Shown here piece after piece: positions 37,601 to 38,769 of a DNA stretch of 38,769 nucleotides. Where the stretch lies: positions 1 through 38,769 of the IMG/VR virus record IMGVR_UViG_3300036802_000314, one strand, 5' to 3'. This DNA is from a virus. Its lineage: Duplodnaviria > Caudoviricetes. The stretch's first letter is position 1. Each line of letters begins with the position of its first letter. The translations under genes were made by a program, and so were the position numbers. The notes below the pieces were generated by a model. That model ran no database searches. It was not told the DNA's origin and saw only the letters and a list, made by a program, of their open reading frames with translations.

Positions 37601-37656
37601 ATTATATACTGGTACCAGTATATTGTCAACGTATTTATATACTGGTAACAGTATAT
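37601..37656. promoter_or_regulatory. Consensus leftward promoter with two 20-bp palindromic operators
   Basis: Minus-strand TTGACA (37629-37624)-17bp-TATAAT (37606-37601); ATATACTGGTACCAGTATAT at 37604-37623 and ATATACTGGTAACAGTATAT at 37637-37656. Confidence 0.85.
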
Positions 37657-37692
37657 TTTTTGTGGTATCCTATATCAAAGGGGTGATAACCT

Positions 37693-37899
37693 ATGGAACA
37701 GCAAGGTAAGGCATCAACACGCGCAAAGGATAAGTACAACGCCGCAAATTATGATCAAGTAAAGCTTTGGGTTAGAAAAGGCGACAGAGAAAGGATTGAC
37801 GCTGTTGCTAAACAACTTGATAAGAGTCGCAACGCCTTCATTTTGGAAGCGATAGAAGAAAAGATAGCAAGAGAATGTACAGAGCCGCCACAGGAGTAG
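37693..37899 (+). CDS. Ribbon-helix-helix (Arc-like) regulator
   Basis: KYNAANYDQVKLWVRKGDRERIDAVAKQLDKSRNAFILEAI. Confidence 0.85.
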   Translation: MEQQGKASTRAKDKYNAANYDQVKLWVRKGDRERIDAVAKQLDKSRNAFILEAIEEKIARECTEPPQE

Positions 37900-37918
37900 T
37901 CCTGAACGGCTCTTTTTT
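37881..37918 (+). terminator. Intrinsic terminator
   Basis: AGAGCCG..CAGGA-GTAG-TCCTG..CGGCTCT followed by a T tract. Confidence 0.7.
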
Positions 37919-37932
37919 GTCATAAAAAACCA

Positions 37933-37976
37933 TTGATTAAAAATCCAATAAGCGCATATAATACAAACAAATGTTC
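37933..37976 (+). promoter_or_regulatory. Promoter with a LexA/DinR SOS box
   Basis: TTGATT-18bp-TATAAT followed by AAAC-AAAT-GTTC (one mismatch to GAAC-N4-GTTC). Confidence 0.6.
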
Positions 37977-37995
37977 TTATTTTTGGAGGATGATT

Positions 37996-38304
37996 ATGCT
38001 TAGTGATACTGCACGTAAATTATTAATGATCATGACCCACTCAGCAAATCATCACGCTCATATGCCAAGTTTACCGGAGTTAGAACGGCTCAGTGGACGT
38101 ATGCCAGTCCCTATAAAAGCAGCTTTACGGGAACTGGTACAGGAAAACTATATCGAGTGGAATCCAAACATGCCACCTGAGACAGCGATCATAATAGAGG
38201 GATGGGAACGCCCTGACCCACGGTTAAAAAGACATGAGTCAGTGCCGCAGGATATACAGTGGGGCATTAATGGTAGCAACATCGAATACTGGACTAAGTA
38301 CTAG
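37996..38304 (+). CDS. Winged-HTH protein resembling a LexA DNA-binding domain
   Basis: MLSDTARKLLMI..MPSLPELERLSGR..IKAALRELVQENYI; GGAGG SD. Confidence 0.7.
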   Translation: MLSDTARKLLMIMTHSANHHAHMPSLPELERLSGRMPVPIKAALRELVQENYIEWNPNMPPETAIIIEGWERPDPRLKRHESVPQDIQWGINGSNIEYWTKY

Positions 38305-38356
38305 GAGGGTTACGACTGGATTAAAATAGAGGATGTATTAGATGTGAGTACATAGT

Positions 38357-38380
38357 AAATTACCAAGCGTTTGGGAATAT
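38357..38380. repeat. Dispersed palindrome copy 5
   Basis: AAATTACCAAGCGTTTGGGAATAT, abutting the terminator. Confidence 0.75.
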
Positions 38381-38383
38381 GAC

Positions 38384-38422
38384 AAAGCCCTACTAACCTT
38401 TAGTTGGTTGGTAGGGCTTTAT
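38384..38422. terminator. Bidirectional terminator
   Basis: AAAGCCCTACTAACC..GGTTGGTAGGGCTTT. Confidence 0.8.
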
Positions 38423-38442
38423 TGTTTATTGCAACAATATAA

Positions 38443-38769
38443 CTACAAGTATTTAGAGTTTTTTGATAAATCAGATATTAGTTCAGTTGATGTTCGAGGC
38501 TGAGCTGTAATCTTATTTGTAATACTTGTTTCAATATTATTTACCTTATTTGAAAGGTTTTCTATATATTCAAGAAGTGTAGCAAAGGCCAAAGTGAAAA
38601 TGCCTGATATTCCGCCTGCCACCCACATGGTCAACATATATCCCCATGCAAAATTTTTATCCTCCCACGAATACTCTGGTTTTGGTGCAAATATATTGCC
38701 TGCAATAATTCCTCCGATAAAAGCAACTCCAATTGTTATGTACGCTACCCACCTCAAGGCTTTAATCAA
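38443..38769 (-). CDS. Two-TM membrane protein (phage cargo or host flank; may start beyond the window)
   Basis: Two hydrophobic helices and a short coiled coil; AT-rich. Confidence 0.6.
   Translation of the reverse strand: MIKALRWVAYITIGVAFIGGIIAGNIFAPKPEYSWEDKNFAWGYMLTMWVAGGISGIFTLAFATLLEYIENLSNKVNNIETSITNKITAQPRTSTELISDLSKNSKYL

Larger units (their letters stand above)
1..38420. mobile_element. Temperate prophage (lambda-like head, P2-like contractile tail), apparently intact; exact att boundaries not visible
   Basis: Complete canonical module order from integrase to endolysin plus cargo; no obvious disrupted core genes. Confidence 0.93.

Noticed and set aside
37413-37601. 62-aa + strand ORF from the track
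   Set aside because: No SD; antisense to a better-supported peptide gene and more likely part of an antisense RNA
38300-38769. attR core
   Set aside because: The window begins at the integrase stop codon, so no attL partner is available to identify a direct repeat

Overview
The window is an apparently near-complete ~38.7 kb temperate myovirus-type prophage of a Bacillota host; a Paenibacillus-like host is inferred from gene content and SD/promoter style. Gene order is: tyrosine integrase, ImmA-like protease, CI and Cro; Xis and early genes; replication initiator with iterons; Zn-ribbon/PcfK-like, PcfJ-like and DUF3102 genes; small accessory ORFs and YopX; ArpU/RinA-type late activator; a ~450-nt ORF-free structured region; lambda-type cos, terminase, portal and protease-capsid fusion; P2-like contractile tail and baseplate; tail fibre; lysis genes; and a right-end cargo region (type I TA-like peptides, RHH regulator, SOS-boxed gene). 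No att core could be identified. The most unusual signals are: (1) a candidate large structured, pseudoknotted ncRNA between the late-activator repeats and a terminator; (2) a 16-22 bp palindrome found five times, once inside the DUF3102 gene and three times just before terminators; (3) three otherwise dissimilar small ORFs that all begin MFFFF; (4) an unannotated peptide/antisense-RNA cassette with palindromic operators. All family calls come from motif recognition and synteny; no database searches or folding programs were run.
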